Origin: Trichomonas gallinae
Lineage: Eukaryota
Direction of reading: 5' to 3'
Length of the DNA stretch: 32,024 bases
Assembly (NCBI GenBank): GCA_008369845.1
Contig: MRSU01010033.1
Span: 1-32,024, forward strand
In this document: piece after piece, positions 11,201-20,501 of the stretch
How the letters are laid out: every line of letters starts with the position of its first letter
Numbering within the stretch: the first letter of the stretch is position 1
Made by a program: the position numbers and the translations under genes
The notes under the pieces: model-generated
Seen by the model: only the letters and a program-made list of their open reading frames with translations
Database searches by the model: none
Told to the model about the DNA's origin: nothing

Positions 11201-12051
11201 ATACTCTCAGGTCAGTTGTCGAGCAGTACCGCAGACTAAAGATGCGCGATCCGATCCAAGAGTACGCATTAACAGAGAAGCTCTCGCATCAATCATTCGA
11301 CTACATGCTTCCAATCCAGAAGATGAATATTATCACGAAAGTCATGCGCGCGGTTCCAGGCACTGATTTGGCCAACTACTTCTACTTGAAGGCGAGATCT
11401 CCTGATGTATGGCACAAGAGAATCTCAACATTCTCCATTTCTACGGCCATCACTTCAATGGTTGGCTACATCATCGGTTTGGGCGATCGCCATCCATCGA
11501 ACCTCTTGATTGATAGATTTACTGGCAAGATGATCCACATCGACTTCGGTGACTGCTTCGAGAGGGCCGCCAAGAGAAAATTCCTTCCTGAAGTTGTTCC
11601 GTTCAGGCTGACAAGGATGATGGTCAAGGCTATGGGCGTCACAGGAACAGCAGGCACATTCTCGACTGCTTTCATCAATACTTCACGCGTCTTGCGCGAA
11701 AACAAGAGAGTTTTGATCATGGTCCTCGCGATTTTCGTCCACGAACCACTTGTTGATCCACGCGAGAAGAAGTCATCAACAAGCACAGATAAAGACAGAG
11801 CTAAATCGTTCGTCTCCTTCACAGAAGTCACTGGATCAGTCATCGACAAAGGCCGTGTTCTCCTCATGGATCCTTCAGATAAGACGACAGACACAGAGAT
11901 GAGAGCAAGAGTCAACACTAAGCTCTCTGGATCCGATTTCGGCACAGATAAGCCGCTTTCCATCGAAGAGCAGGCTCAGAGACTCATCAAGGAAGCTACA
12001 GATAACTATAACATCGCCAAGATGTACTCCGGATGGTGCCCGTTCTGGTAA
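5245..12051 (+). CDS. TOR: Target-of-rapamycin (PIKK family) Ser/Thr kinase, 2268 aa
   Basis: HEAT-repeat N-terminus, FAT-like helical region and FRB-like segment (AAVTWYE...FANAYG). Kinase motifs LAVPGTY, SKQQPK, LVKGHEDLRLDER, GYIIGLGDRHPSN, HIDFGDCFE and PEVVPFRLTRMM, with a FATC end (MYSGWCPFW) characteristic of TOR. Confidence 0.95.
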   Translation: MNLLELPIPKTFVEMQKAYEEYYKSFITEMEPLGPDKFDPYIKSYVEMLVKLSKQPVVENVARTAIGLLSLYNVGYPDFQVLSRIFDRIVPQMDKEYIRFTCWVGGKLVHHPNYEQSSYVHHLFERCLGWIRAHGRRARHMSAARMIEALAQNAGSDIVISYQQLQTAIWLLVSHPSLQLVDATSDAIAMFARAIIRYGRSELDQFMNFFDLLCTRLISLGSRMKIYTALRILQQLIKSGADYFLPHFQNLFKNLFEFIHNPSSLVQSAAYVTLTYFVYIDKQQFVINVYPLLIEALDKVLPEFPKEISEATMILISQCPEATFENLDYIKQLSCASSYDYDSGCRILISLLQTFGEKALPIPDEFLNNLLQTELTESISDFFIEYAKLCAASFGRKLCKKIFEELKKLNDETTITALMTLSKLPCDSICNHDQFLNLITDKFSEKSVNVRCIIPRAMYHLSQSCATLVAPITRKLFQLAIFDPDENVRLSILDILSESANKKLASPENIQYVGIFTSDGSIKVRKAAFKLIAKIAEFNPMGLAAITRESMLNYFFTIRNIPSTRTRAKIIDTFPDLIRACSLTVSIYTPTIIDIVVQCLVHPIEASKIAHFYDQQSANDIWINMCECLKIVTPIDPQAVSKYLADLIPALCQHLDINEKRPIILSSLSLLYVLLSPPASTIETRAMVPIIVASCSKFLSLTHSRKARMATLKVIGAIGVIDIHQRPGITACEPPDFADDELTRNFFHPSRDMSSTNTIDDTLLLNAQTGEQCIHSIVANALLDIFKDNTLTEYHQDTALALVEILEAPKTAVLPYFDKFVGKMVDLIETGTDAQLEIYLPLFTRIVQSSGQSATPFIERTLKIINSRFNAGLAQQFLDLIMSFAQVMKDLFANYSAITVCMLIQFLNDKRTTDEKPCLAVIETFSNICEYSTDLNYLIITSVSETIMRENTIRSLKLAGLQMFDKLVRSVDIFKKVGPIVRSLEYCLAANDAVVNKQAMNLLYSLLLAQGRNFLLNADPILDYIKIHNMETPQLHDIIKAVSQGQGYASFVPIPQPTIRLPRSHSTNMAHQFSEEVIISKILTPAVGYSRHLEQWLHSFVLTAIAYSPMQCIRVCSGIASTYRPLAMSLFKVAFLTCWNQFSDNARRQTEMTFHSLIIAPENYDSVVREILDLLFFMSKMENPINIPAFDLCKSCIRYGYNAFALFRLQQELYNEPSPDIIRTVTLLIDAYMESGDWNNALAIWKEFVPRVAALSRPETVSKLRIWDRIMPYFVQKFKMGDNSVFPGLVKSLAGMARWSELGELMDSFVKMNLSLQRSAAPYMANAMMHLRRWDDLDKALRSAPDDSLRCFTLRAISQLHARQYEQVEKTINEGFSLLASRPITMWGGNQRISTDTMLVAQQLVEIMDMKNWLENENMRPQIEAVWSERLATAPRNFEIWLKVLGNRSALTGTHRDASYIEFFNLKSLTMDTKLHMNSYNALFHGVDPLTCSDPLPRICYVVAQWNTGDRFGAMKAMDEITKEISGELVDRCHAIYASWLIETGESINDFKLAFDNLKDNPVLTQYVTDNVATTNRHRKISNTSMLFLPKAVMSKMSEQSFDIEVLRMWCDVNTQLISLDKSDVARYVTNAIDALTHCCLIAPSFTDIVQLLNLFFEHASEGNVFSHATNGYLNRLSPKLILQASPQLLVQLSHPNPAVAQYVHDTVFNLLHEHYHELIFSIIVMKFSRDNARAKAAFNLFDEFKKMNPSAHDEVFTIRKCLLRAAVTWYEKVMQRITDAFDHYAMQQYDLMVETLKSITQMVQTPKCALHEEFANAYGTNISTLSRILKVFSPLNKNQMMQVTQWCKSMQALLADDIKKIRIIQLASISESLANKTHFQLAVPGTYKPGKPIIRIKYFVGQFSVYMSKQQPKDVVICGEDGNFYQYLVKGHEDLRLDERIQQFFRLINSYLKRETYFGSHVIQTMSVIPLSITNGLVQWVSGTDTLRSVVEQYRRLKMRDPIQEYALTEKLSHQSFDYMLPIQKMNIITKVMRAVPGTDLANYFYLKARSPDVWHKRISTFSISTAITSMVGYIIGLGDRHPSNLLIDRFTGKMIHIDFGDCFERAAKRKFLPEVVPFRLTRMMVKAMGVTGTAGTFSTAFINTSRVLRENKRVLIMVLAIFVHEPLVDPREKKSSTSTDKDRAKSFVSFTEVTGSVIDKGRVLLMDPSDKTTDTEMRARVNTKLSGSDFGTDKPLSIEEQAQRLIKEATDNYNIAKMYSGWCPFW

Positions 12052-12599
12052 TTTTGCTTATTTTTTATTTATTTCGAATTTGTTATAATTTTTTCACTAT
12101 TTTAAAAAAGTATTTCGTTTTTCTAGAACTACTATTCTTTTGTCATCATATTACTCTTCCAATAGATGCAAATTTTTGCAAAAAAATCCAAATATCATAA
12201 GAACCTAATCCTTAATGGTATTTTAAATTGTTTCAGTCCTAGTTCAAAGATAATTACAATTAAATATCTTTTATTCAAATCTTAAAATTGAATTTTTGAA
12301 TCATTTTGAAATTCATGATACTGTATTTAGAATTAGCTAGAAAACTAACCACATGAATGCTATCGTTTAAGTTTCATATTATAAATTGGTATTGAAAAAA
12401 TATAATGAAAACTAGTTTTAAAGGTTTATATCAGATTAATATATGATGTATATACATAGTATAACTGATTTATGGCCATTTTTCAGGAAAATTTAAATCT
12501 TGAAGATATCATAAAAATTCCAGGAAAAATATGCTTTATATATGATAATATGATTATTTCTGTGCTCAAAATTGATTTTGATTTTTGTTTTCTGTGTCT

Positions 12600-12604
12600 T
12601 CATT
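12600..12604 (+). promoter_or_regulatory. Initiator (Inr)-like TCATT upstream of the RRP1-like gene
   Basis: TCATT matches the trichomonad Inr consensus TCA(+1)Y(T/A) and ends 14 nt before the A-rich ATG at 12619. Confidence 0.5.
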
Positions 12605-12618
12605 TTTTTCGAAAAAAA

Positions 12619-13482
12619 ATGGCGACAATTTGCGGACAGAAGTTTGTTTGGGCCCAGCAATTAGTTGCTAACGAACAGGAGACACGTGATGCTGCTATTG
12701 CACAAACAACTGAATGGATTAAAACATTAGCTGAGCTTCCAGCAAAAGATGCAGAAACAATCTGGTATATTTTGTGGAATGCACTTTGGATGACAGATGG
12801 ACAACTCACACAGATTGCATTTTGCGAAAAAATCGTTGCTATTTTCGATGTTTTATCAGTTGAAAATTCAAAAGTCTTTTTCAATGCTTATATAGAGTGC
12901 ATGGTGAAGCAATGGGAGAAGCTTGACAAGTGGAGAACAGACAAATACCTCGTTCTCGGCCGTAAAGTTTTAGATAAACTTGTTGAATATTGCAAAACTA
13001 ACAAAGACTTCGATTACTTATTAGAAACCATCACAAAAGTTTTCGAGAACTTGCGTGGAAATGGTTTTAAGTTGCATCTCGTTGATGTTCTCGTTGATTA
13101 TCTTCCAGACTTAGTTCAAATAGATACAAAGACAGGAGCCAGATTCCTTTTGCCGTTTATGCACGAGTTCCTCAAAACATCTACAAATGTCTCGCTTGTT
13201 GAAAGAATCAACTGGAAAATTGTTTCTCCTTTAGTTGATTCTGTTGGTGAACATTTCTTCGGTTCTGATGAAGAGTTTGCCCTCAAGTTCTTACGCGGCC
13301 TCTCTTCTCGCCTTAACAACGCTGTTAAACACAAAGATACAAATCAAAAGATCTATAACATCCGCAAGGCTAGAGCAGATGAGCTTCGTGAGCTCCTTGT
13401 TGCTATTAACTTAGATCGCCAAGCAAAAGGTCAGCCAATTATGAAATTAGCTGTTGAAGATGAGGAAACCAAAGAAGAGTAA
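12619..13482 (+). CDS. RRP1: Nop52/RRP1 family rRNA-processing protein, 287 aa
   Basis: Motifs WAQQLVANEQETRDAAI, IWYILWNALWMTDGQLTQ and WEKLDKWRTDKYLVLGR match the Nop52 domain pattern (LAxNe..RDrA; W...fycmWmxD..l.Q; W..iD..R.DKy..L.R). Start moved from 12472 to the AAAAAAA-ATG at 12619 because the extension is AT-rich and contains the Inr. Confidence 0.85.
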   Translation: MATICGQKFVWAQQLVANEQETRDAAIAQTTEWIKTLAELPAKDAETIWYILWNALWMTDGQLTQIAFCEKIVAIFDVLSVENSKVFFNAYIECMVKQWEKLDKWRTDKYLVLGRKVLDKLVEYCKTNKDFDYLLETITKVFENLRGNGFKLHLVDVLVDYLPDLVQIDTKTGARFLLPFMHEFLKTSTNVSLVERINWKIVSPLVDSVGEHFFGSDEEFALKFLRGLSSRLNNAVKHKDTNQKIYNIRKARADELRELLVAINLDRQAKGQPIMKLAVEDEETKEE

Positions 13483-14337
13483 TAGAATTTATATATTTAT
13501 AGAGTAAAGATATTTATTATGAATAAAACTATACTATTTAGCTTTATATTTAATTTTATCAAAATATTGAATGATAAACGATAAAACTATTTGAACCGAT
13601 ATAAAGGCTGTGATGTAAATTTCGATAATTTAGGCGATATTAAGTTTTTGCAAATGTTATCATAAAACGTGTTTTTACTATGATAATATCTGCATTTATG
13701 AATGCAAGTATAAAATAAATGGATTTTATAATAATTTCCATCATTATAAGTTCTAAATTCATATTAACTTGTTTTAATTTATTTTGCAAATTTCATTATT
13801 TAAATTTCCAATACAGCGCAAATATAACAATACTTTATCTTTATTGTTTGTGTTATAAGAACGGATCAAACAAAAAACCGAAACATCTTCATTCAAGTTC
13901 CTTAATATATATTTGCACCGAATGTAGATGTAATTTATATATATCATTAACAGATACTATTTTCATTACCTAAATTACTTTTACTTGTACCTGTAAAAAA
14001 TATGAAGCAATTTTTTTTGACAATTTACTCTACTTGGCATATTTGAAATATATAAAATTGAATATATCTAATCACACAAGACTATATATCGTGTGCAAAG
14101 TAAATATTCCATATATACTTAAATAGTAAATATTTATTATACTGTTGTAATCGCTACAAATCAATGGTAAAAAAAGACAATATTTTTTCCTTTTTGAGGG
14201 AAAAAATTGAATTTAGATACTGTTGATGATGGAGATGGAAAATTTAAATTTGATAAAAATTATATAAAAAAATACCTGGCAAAAAATACATGGCATATTA
14301 ATTTTTACGTGTCAAAAATATAAATACTATCTTCCAT

Positions 14338-15348
14338 ATGTCTGTTGATTCAGAAAACAGTCTAGGAAAAGGCACATATGGAGAAGCATTTAAATTCATA
14401 GATGAGAAAGGAAATCTTTTCAGCACGAAAAAATCAAAACCATATTCATCAGATAAACTTATTAATTCGGTTGTGATAAGAGAAATTTGTTTGTTAAGCG
14501 AGCCAGAATATCCACACATTATTCATGCCCAGAAAGTATCGTTAGAAGAAAGACCGAATATGCAATATTTTTTAAACTTTAACTATGACTACGGTACAAT
14601 CGACGTTTACAAATTAGGCAATCATCTTTCGAATTCTTCTAGGAATCATATTAAAATGAGGCCACTTCTCGCAAAATCAATTTTATTTCAATTATTACTT
14701 GCATTAAATCATCTCCACTCTCGTGGAATTATTCATTGCGATATAACACCGTCGAATTTGATAATCATGCCCCCAACTTACGAAAGACCAGGAATTCTCA
14801 AATTAATTGATTTTGGACTCTCGCGAACAGCAGAATGGAAAGATCAGTCGAAAAGTACAATTGTCGTAACCATTTGGTATCGCTCGCCTGAACTCCTCAT
14901 GGACGATAAAAAATATACCACATCTATCGATATTTGGGCGGCTGGATGTATTTTTGCAGAGCTTCTTACAGGAAAGGTATTATTCCATTCCGATTCCAAA
15001 AATCAGACAAATGAATTTAATATTAAACAAATGACATCAATTTTGAAGATAATGGGCAAATTTAGAGAGGAGGATATGCCGCCAAATCCTGGAGGATTCC
15101 ATAATGAATTCCTGACGCTCAATAGCACACAATCGGGAAGTAAATTCGAAGAAACTTTCAGAGACATCGATGCTGATGCACGGGATTTACTAAGATCAAT
15201 GCTATGTTTGAACCCCGTCAACAGAATTAGCGCATATAATGCTTTACGGCATCCATATTTTAATAAGGCGCCTGCTCCAGTAATGAACATTGCCAGCTTA
15301 TTCGATGACTGGCAAGAAATCGAGAATAGTATGTCAAAGAAACGCTAA
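14338..15348 (+). CDS. CMGC/CDK-family kinase, most similar to CDK8/CDKE; 336 aa
   Basis: GKGTYG loop, SVVIREICLLSE helix C, HCDITPSN catalytic loop and DFG. VVTIWYRSPELL...YTTSIDIWAAGCIFAELLT resembles the CDK8 segment VVTFWYRAPELL...YTKAIDIWAIGCIFAELLT. Confidence 0.85.
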   Translation: MSVDSENSLGKGTYGEAFKFIDEKGNLFSTKKSKPYSSDKLINSVVIREICLLSEPEYPHIIHAQKVSLEERPNMQYFLNFNYDYGTIDVYKLGNHLSNSSRNHIKMRPLLAKSILFQLLLALNHLHSRGIIHCDITPSNLIIMPPTYERPGILKLIDFGLSRTAEWKDQSKSTIVVTIWYRSPELLMDDKKYTTSIDIWAAGCIFAELLTGKVLFHSDSKNQTNEFNIKQMTSILKIMGKFREEDMPPNPGGFHNEFLTLNSTQSGSKFEETFRDIDADARDLLRSMLCLNPVNRISAYNALRHPYFNKAPAPVMNIASLFDDWQEIENSMSKKR

Positions 15349-16031
15349 TTCTGTTTTATATTATATTTGTTTAGATAATAAATTTGTTCGATTATTATAT
15401 TATCCCAAACTTCATGTACTTTTTATATCCATATCAAATGGCTAGTTTGACTCAAAATATTATTCAATTGTAAATTTAATTAATTATAGAACTATTTACG
15501 CATAATTGTATATTTAAATCATCTATATGTATGAAATTCGTTATAAAAATATATGATTATCGATTAAATTACAAAATGAAAAATAAAAAATATTAAGCTT
15601 ATCAATATTTATTAATATGAATAATATTATATTGATGTATTATGCATATTTATTCAATATCTCGGTTTCATTAAAATAAAAATTGAAATTGTTCATCAAA
15701 ATGATTCTAATCATAAATAATATGGCATATATTGATTAGGACTTTAAAGATATCGCTTCCTTATGTTCATATCTATGAGATAAAATATCCCGATAAAATC
15801 ATTTTTCGAGATATCAACAAAATGTTTTGATATTTAATATTAGTGTGTATTTTTATGTTTATTTTTAAAATTAAAACAATAACAAAAAATATGACTACCG
15901 AAACATCAAATCCTATAATAGTTATAGCCAATGGCAACAAAAAAAGCAGAAAATAAACAAAAGTGAAGTGTTTGGATTAATTGAGAAGTTTACAATAATC
16001 GCGTCCGACCACATACGGATTTATTTAAATA

Positions 16032-17084
16032 ATGTCAAACAAGATATATGAAGAGGCATTAAGTATAATGCCAGACGCTGACAAGACCTTGCTTCGTGAA
16101 TTAAGCGAGGAATGCACGACAACTGCAATTTTAATTTCAGTTTATAAAGATGAAATAGAACGTCGCCAGTCTGCCCAAGCAAAAAAGTCAGATTATCATA
16201 GAAAACAAAACCAACGCGAGAGACCGCCACGCGAAGAGAGACAACCACGCGAGGATAGGCCACGCAAGAATAGAGAAGCAAAGGAAGACAAGCCAAAGGA
16301 GCCGGTAGTTGAAAAGAAGAAGAAAGTCGTTCAATACGCACAAGCATCTGGCGCATTGTGGGGTAATGTTTCATTTGATGACGTTAAGCCAGCTGAAAAA
16401 CCAGCTCCACAGCCAAAGCAGAAGCCAGTCGAGGAGAAGAAGCCAGAACCAGCTCCACAGAAGCAAGAGAGACAGCCAAAGCAAAAGGTTGAAGAGAAGA
16501 AGCCAGAACCAGTAGAAGAAAAGAAGCCAGAGCCAGTTGCTCAGCCAGAAAAGAGAGAAAACACTGTTCTCTACCTTCCTTCTCGCCTTGTTTCAGCAAG
16601 AAATCACAACATCAAGAGATTCGGCAGATTCGCTCCAGCACGCCCAGCACAGCAGCAGCCACCACAGTCAGCTCCAGTTGAGGAGAAGAAACCAGCTCCA
16701 GTCGAAGAAAAGAAGCCAGAGCCAGTCGTTGAAGAGCCAAAGCCAACACCAGCTCCAGTCAAGCCAAAGGAGGAGAAGAAGCCAGCTCCAGTTTACGAAG
16801 AGCCAAAGCCAGCTCCAGTTGTTGAGAAGCAAGCTCCAGTCGTCGAGCAGCCAAAGGTTATTCCACAGCAAGTTCAGCAGCCACCACAGCAGTTTTACCC
16901 ATTCGGTGAGCAGCAGGGAATGCCAGTTGGTATGGACCAGCAGAAGCTTTACCAAGAATTCTTAGAATTCAAGCAATTCTGCATGTGGAAGCAGCAGATG
17001 AGTCAAAGCCAGCCCCAGCAACAATTTACTTACAACCCTCCATTTCAATATGGATATCCAGGGCAAGGATATAATAACCAATAA
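16032..17084 (+). CDS. Low-complexity Pro/Glu/Lys/Gln-rich protein, 350 aa; possible UBAP2L/Def1/GIP1-like
   Basis: Long ATG-initiated ORF with strongly biased codons (CCA, AAG, CAG). Short helical N-terminus, VEEKKPEP-type repeats and a Gln/Tyr/Pro-rich C-terminus. The TAA stop forms TAAA. Confidence 0.8.
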   Translation: MSNKIYEEALSIMPDADKTLLRELSEECTTTAILISVYKDEIERRQSAQAKKSDYHRKQNQRERPPREERQPREDRPRKNREAKEDKPKEPVVEKKKKVVQYAQASGALWGNVSFDDVKPAEKPAPQPKQKPVEEKKPEPAPQKQERQPKQKVEEKKPEPVEEKKPEPVAQPEKRENTVLYLPSRLVSARNHNIKRFGRFAPARPAQQQPPQSAPVEEKKPAPVEEKKPEPVVEEPKPTPAPVKPKEEKKPAPVYEEPKPAPVVEKQAPVVEQPKVIPQQVQQPPQQFYPFGEQQGMPVGMDQQKLYQEFLEFKQFCMWKQQMSQSQPQQQFTYNPPFQYGYPGQGYNNQ

Positions 17085-17204
17085 ATAAATTGTGGGTAGA
17101 GAAAAAAAAACAAAATGAAAACACTTTTTGTACTTACATAGATACAGCTTCAATCATATAAAATATTGATATTTCATAAATTAAAAAAATACCAAACAAA
17201 ATAT

Positions 17205-17259
17205 ATTTCAATATGACCACCTAAATGATATATACGTATTTATTTGGTCATATTGAAAT
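17205..17259. repeat. Inverted repeat/hairpin with perfect 15-bp arms
   Basis: ATTTCAATATGACCA (17205-17219) is the exact reverse complement of TGGTCATATTGAAAT (17245-17259). An inner TAAAT/ATTTA pair follows after two mismatches. Confidence 0.85.
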
Positions 17260-17641
17260 GTGTAATATGACAATCATCAAGATTTGTCAAAATCAAAATT
17301 AATATCTTTTAATTTTTAATTCTGATATATTATTGGTATATACAATTATTACCAAAATTGCAAAAATTAAATCCCATAACCCTTTTAATCTTTGTGAAAT
17401 TTTAATTTTCATTTTTCTCACGAAATTCGTTGAGTTATACATAATGTTTATAGGCAAAAAGTGAATTATGATTGTACTAACAATCACTGATAGGAAAAAT
17501 TCATCTTTTGCTATATAAAACAAACAATTGTCAAAAAAAAAAAAAAGGCTATCATTAGCTACAGAGTAGATGTCATCTTTCACAATATTTCAATAAACTG
17601 AACTTTATAAACAAATAAAAAAATAATATATATAACCATAA

Positions 17642-19939
17642 CTAATTTCGATTAGATTTCATCTTATGGATACGCAATTCTATAAGTTTCTGGTTTGTCG
17701 GTGATAGCGTGCTGAAGAATGAAGCGAAAGCGTCGGGCACGTTTTGCTTAAATATCGCTGCAATGTCTGCGGCAATTCTTCTGTGAGCGGTTATGTCACT
17801 TCTCAAGCAACTGTCCATAACCGGCGAAACAACATCAACGAAGAGCAGAAGTTCGTCATTGTCCATATCCGCGAAGCATTCCAGGGCCATTTGGAGGGCC
17901 ACGTATTGGCCTTCTTGGTTATTTGACATGTCTGGAATCGATGCAACCATTTTCAGCAGCAATTCCTGGTTTACTGATATCGCGGTGAGTGCTGCATGTG
18001 CCCGAGATGACACCGTTCTGCTCTGTGTGCAAACGAGAGAAATTATATCCTCCATGGCTTCAGGGAGGAAGAAATCGCTCGATGCATCTAAAAGGTTGAT
18101 AATGAATGTCAAAGTGTTGACGACTGTTTCCTTGCTGTCGCTCTCGAGGCACTGCGGCAGCCTGTCGTTAAGACAGTCGTTGAACTCGTTGATCAGATCC
18201 TTGTTTTTGCGCCACGTTTTAATTATAGCGTCAAGCTCTTTTTCAGCTGTGCCTCCGCCCAACAATGCTTTCGCGGCAGCAGAAACAAGATGCTTCGGTG
18301 AATCAGGATTCCGCTGGCTATTCGCTGTCTTGATGCGCGGTGACTTGCGCGGCTTCGTTTCAAATGGATTTTCATAGACAGAACCAGGTGTAACAACATT
18401 TTCGTCGTCGCTTTTTTCTTTTACGAATTGAGCTAAATATGTCGCGTCATCTGTTATCTCGAAGTTTTTCACTAAGCTGCGGATCGTGTCTAAAGCTTTT
18501 GGAGGCAGGTCCAGGTCGGGATAAAGCTTCAGTAGAGCGTTGTAGAAGTCAAACGATGAATGGGTAATGTCTGAAAAAATATCAAAAAGAAAATCTTGTC
18601 CGTAGGTTGTTAAAACGAGTCCTATCAGCCACTTATCGAAGTGGAATGTTTCTATTAGGGATCTTGTGTCTTCTTTGAAGTCTTCTTTGAATTTCCTGTA
18701 GAAAACCTTCAAGAAACTCTTCCAATCTGCGATGTTCGGCATAAACTGGGTCGCTGAGATAATTGAAGGTGGTATGAGCATTTCCAGACCACCAATATCA
18801 TCCCAAGTGTTCTCATCAATGATTCTAGTGAGAGTTCGAATAAATTGTTTCGTTGTAATTAATGTCGTTGGCGGCATAACTTCTGATATGTCCTTCTTGA
18901 AGTCACTGCTCTCACGAAGAGGATCCCTGCCTGGAACTGGCGAAGTATCTGGGACAAATGAAGTTTCAAATCTTTTTTGCGTTTTCTCTATAACAGGCGC
19001 GTAAGACTCTTCATTTTGCGATGTTCTGCGGTATGTAGGTGTTCTCGGTGCTTTTTTGCGTATTGTTGTCGGTGTTCGTTGAACATCTCTGGCTGTCTTT
19101 GGACTTGGACCAAGTAGAGCGTCAGAGGATTCGTTTGCGTGTCTTCCAAGTGATGTTTTCGTTGTTGGCTTCTCTTTAACTGGAGGAGAAGGTACATAAT
19201 TTAATGGTGCAGACATGGATTTAATGTTTACAGTAGGAGTAGATGCACGTTTCACTGTCCCATCCTCTCCGAAGCTCTCCAGTGCTGCTCTAGCCGCTTT
19301 TCTCGTACTCTGTGACGCATCATTTGATAATTTATTTAAGGAATCGCGAATATCTTGGTTGTTTTTCGTAATAACTGAAAAAGACCAGTTTGTCACGATC
19401 AAATGAAATGCTTCTGCTGCAACTTCTCGTTGAAGTGCGCTTTTTGAGTTTGCTAGCGTCTGCATTGCGCGGACAACTTTTCTATTCTGCACATTCTTGG
19501 CTATCTGTAATATTGCAAGGTGAACGGAGTCGCTAATGATTGCTGTTCCATGTGTGAGTTGTTTTGAAAGAGCTGGAAGGACAACGTCTGTAGAAGTGAT
19601 GTATCTTTCACCTAGTGTCTGTGCTAAAGCTGCTATAAGTAAAGATCCGTTTTTAACAAGCGTAGAACGCAAATCATAAACACAAGATGCAATTCCTGTT
19701 GATAAAGAGGAAAAATCGATTCCGAAATTTGCTATTCCACCCTTTAAAACGCTCATAGCTTCGAGAATTGCCGTAGATCTCTTTGTCCAATCATCTTTAT
19801 CTTTTAAATCTGCCTCTAACTGCTCCATTTTCGCTTGTGCTTTCATCTCTGAGTCGAATTTGGTCTCTGTGATGCCTTCTAGTGGGTTATTGAACTGGTC
19901 TTGAAGAGGAATTTGATCTGGCGGGTTTTTCGAAGACAT
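17642..19939 (-). CDS. CLASP/Stu1-like TOG-domain microtubule-associated protein, 765 aa
   Basis: N-terminal CLASP_N/TOG signature (DDWTKRSTAI...VYDLRSTLVKNGSLLIAALAQTLG...LSNDASQSTRKAAR). This is followed by a basic S/T/P/R-rich linker and a C-terminal HEAT-like domain ending NQKLIELRI. Confidence 0.85.
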   Translation of the reverse strand: MSSKNPPDQIPLQDQFNNPLEGITETKFDSEMKAQAKMEQLEADLKDKDDWTKRSTAILEAMSVLKGGIANFGIDFSSLSTGIASCVYDLRSTLVKNGSLLIAALAQTLGERYITSTDVVLPALSKQLTHGTAIISDSVHLAILQIAKNVQNRKVVRAMQTLANSKSALQREVAAEAFHLIVTNWSFSVITKNNQDIRDSLNKLSNDASQSTRKAARAALESFGEDGTVKRASTPTVNIKSMSAPLNYVPSPPVKEKPTTKTSLGRHANESSDALLGPSPKTARDVQRTPTTIRKKAPRTPTYRRTSQNEESYAPVIEKTQKRFETSFVPDTSPVPGRDPLRESSDFKKDISEVMPPTTLITTKQFIRTLTRIIDENTWDDIGGLEMLIPPSIISATQFMPNIADWKSFLKVFYRKFKEDFKEDTRSLIETFHFDKWLIGLVLTTYGQDFLFDIFSDITHSSFDFYNALLKLYPDLDLPPKALDTIRSLVKNFEITDDATYLAQFVKEKSDDENVVTPGSVYENPFETKPRKSPRIKTANSQRNPDSPKHLVSAAAKALLGGGTAEKELDAIIKTWRKNKDLINEFNDCLNDRLPQCLESDSKETVVNTLTFIINLLDASSDFFLPEAMEDIISLVCTQSRTVSSRAHAALTAISVNQELLLKMVASIPDMSNNQEGQYVALQMALECFADMDNDELLLFVDVVSPVMDSCLRSDITAHRRIAADIAAIFKQNVPDAFASFFSTLSPTNQKLIELRIHKMKSNRN

Positions 19940-20076
19940 TAAATAACCTTATTTTATTCTGATTTCAAAATTTAATATTTTGCGATTTTAACACCAAACA
20001 GCAATGTACTAACCTAATACAACTGAAATTTCAAACAAAAAACGTCGAAAAAACAATTTTTAAATTTGATAAAAAT

Positions 20077-20296
20077 ATCTTAAAATTGGGAACTTTTAAT
20101 ATCAAATTAATAATATACTTATCTTATAGAATAATTATTTTTAGATAAAAAGATTAAAAAAGAAGAATTTTAATTTCAAAAAAATAAATCTTAAAATTGA
20201 GTTTTTTAATATCAATATAACAATATACTTATCTAATAGAATAATTATTCTAAGATGACAAGATAAAAAAATCAGATATTTATTTTCAAAAAAAAA
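20077..20296. repeat. Imperfect tandem duplication, period about 111 bp, 2 copies
   Basis: ATCTTAAAATTG...TTTTAATATCAA...AATATACTTATCT.ATAGAATAATTATT...AAGAT.AAAAAA...TTTCAAAAAAA occurs from 20077 and again from 20188. Confidence 0.8.
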
Positions 20297-20501
20297 GTGA
20301 AAAATTGTGGACTTGGGCATGAACATTGTAAATTTTTGACATGAGATATTGGGAATCCACAACAAAAATTTTCAAGAAATTAAATTTTCGAAGTGATAAA
20401 AAAATATATCCAAATTTTGGTGATTAAATCTTTTGACAGCGTTTTGATTTGGATAAATATGGCCATTAAAACAGCTTAAGCTTAAAATCATGAAAAAAAA
20501 A

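Noticed and set aside
12472..12618. N-terminal extensions of the RRP1 ORF (also NME7 29099..29197 and poly(A) polymerase 29950..30009)
   Set aside because: These are AT-rich, promoter-like sequence upstream of better-placed ATGs, and family homology begins downstream.
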